Shown here in pieces: positions 63,597 to 64,000 of a stretch of 64,000 nt of DNA; positions within the stretch are counted from its first letter, which is position 1, and the number at the start of each line of letters is the position of its first letter. A program made the position numbers and the translations under genes. The notes beneath the pieces are model-generated. The model made no database searches. It saw only the letters and a list, made by a program, of their open reading frames with translations, and was not told the origin of the DNA. The stretch is from Candidatus Blackburnbacteria bacterium RIFCSPHIGHO2_12_FULL_44_25 (GTDB lineage Bacteria; Patescibacteriota; Microgenomatia; UBA8517; UBA10165): NCBI GenBank assembly GCA_001816455.1, contig MHCB01000038.1:7965-71964 (forward strand), read 5' to 3'.

Positions 63597-64000
63597 TTAC
63601 AACTTCTTTAAAATCTCAGAGTACTTTTTAACATTCTCCGCGGTGTTTTTCATTCCCCCTTGAATTACAAGATTTACCTTTTTGAAATCCCAGTGCTTGT
63701 TCATTAAATCTACCAGGTCTTTTATTGTGGTGCTTTGTATAAGCGCAATCATTTCTTCGGGCATGTGGATTTTGTTTTCCCAAACCAAGTCCCCTTCTAT
63801 CCAATTTGCGATCGAGGACGGGTGGTCAAAGGACATCAGCCACTGGTTTGACAGGAAGTCTTTTGTAACTTTCAACTCCTCTTCTGTCGGGCCGTTCTTA
63901 ACAAATGTTGATAGTTCTTGGACGATCAGCGAGATAACTTCTTCCAAATGCTCTTGGGAGCTCTCTGAGGTAATTGCGGTATACCCTAGCCCGTTTATTG
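63597..64000 (-). CDS. C-terminal part of an M16 (pitrilysin-like) peptidase, runs off the window
   Basis: GPTEEELKVTKDFL...IQSTTIKDLVDLMNKHW resembles the M16 C-terminal domain. Confidence 0.6.
   Translation of the reverse strand, partial: INGLGYTAITSESSQEHLEEVISLIVQELSTFVKNGPTEEELKVTKDFLSNQWLMSFDHPSSIANWIEGDLVWENKIHMPEEMIALIQSTTIKDLVDLMNKHWDFKKVNLVIQGGMKNTAENVKKYSEILKKL

Overview
64 kb of a small-genome bacterial chromosome, inferred to be Patescibacteria/CPR (Microgenomates-like) from gene content: PPIase-less trigger factor, DRG-type GTPase, free-standing LAGLIDADG beside a tRNA, and many small membrane ORFans. Genetic code 11 fits. Core genes: thrS-infC-rpmI-rplT, pheS-pheT, tig, murE, a polyprenyl synthase, thpR, sodC, dinB and nine tRNAs. 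Accessory content: two RAYT/Y1 transposases with their own palindromic REP families (copies lie in-frame inside housekeeping genes), two toxin-antitoxin pairs and a GC-rich dapD. It also includes an ORFan operon punctuated by a repeated ~130-nt structured element, and a three-gene surface locus around a 3553-aa secreted protein carrying J-domain, PP2C and HExxH modules. Non-coding highlights: compact T-box-like leaders of pheS and thrS, two promoter-driven orphan structured RNAs (~20.9-21.05 kb and ~61.5-61.85 kb), and a boxA-like GCAC(C/A/T)TT motif in the leaders of many accessory genes. No CRISPR array or rRNA was seen. All calls are by eye; no searches were run.
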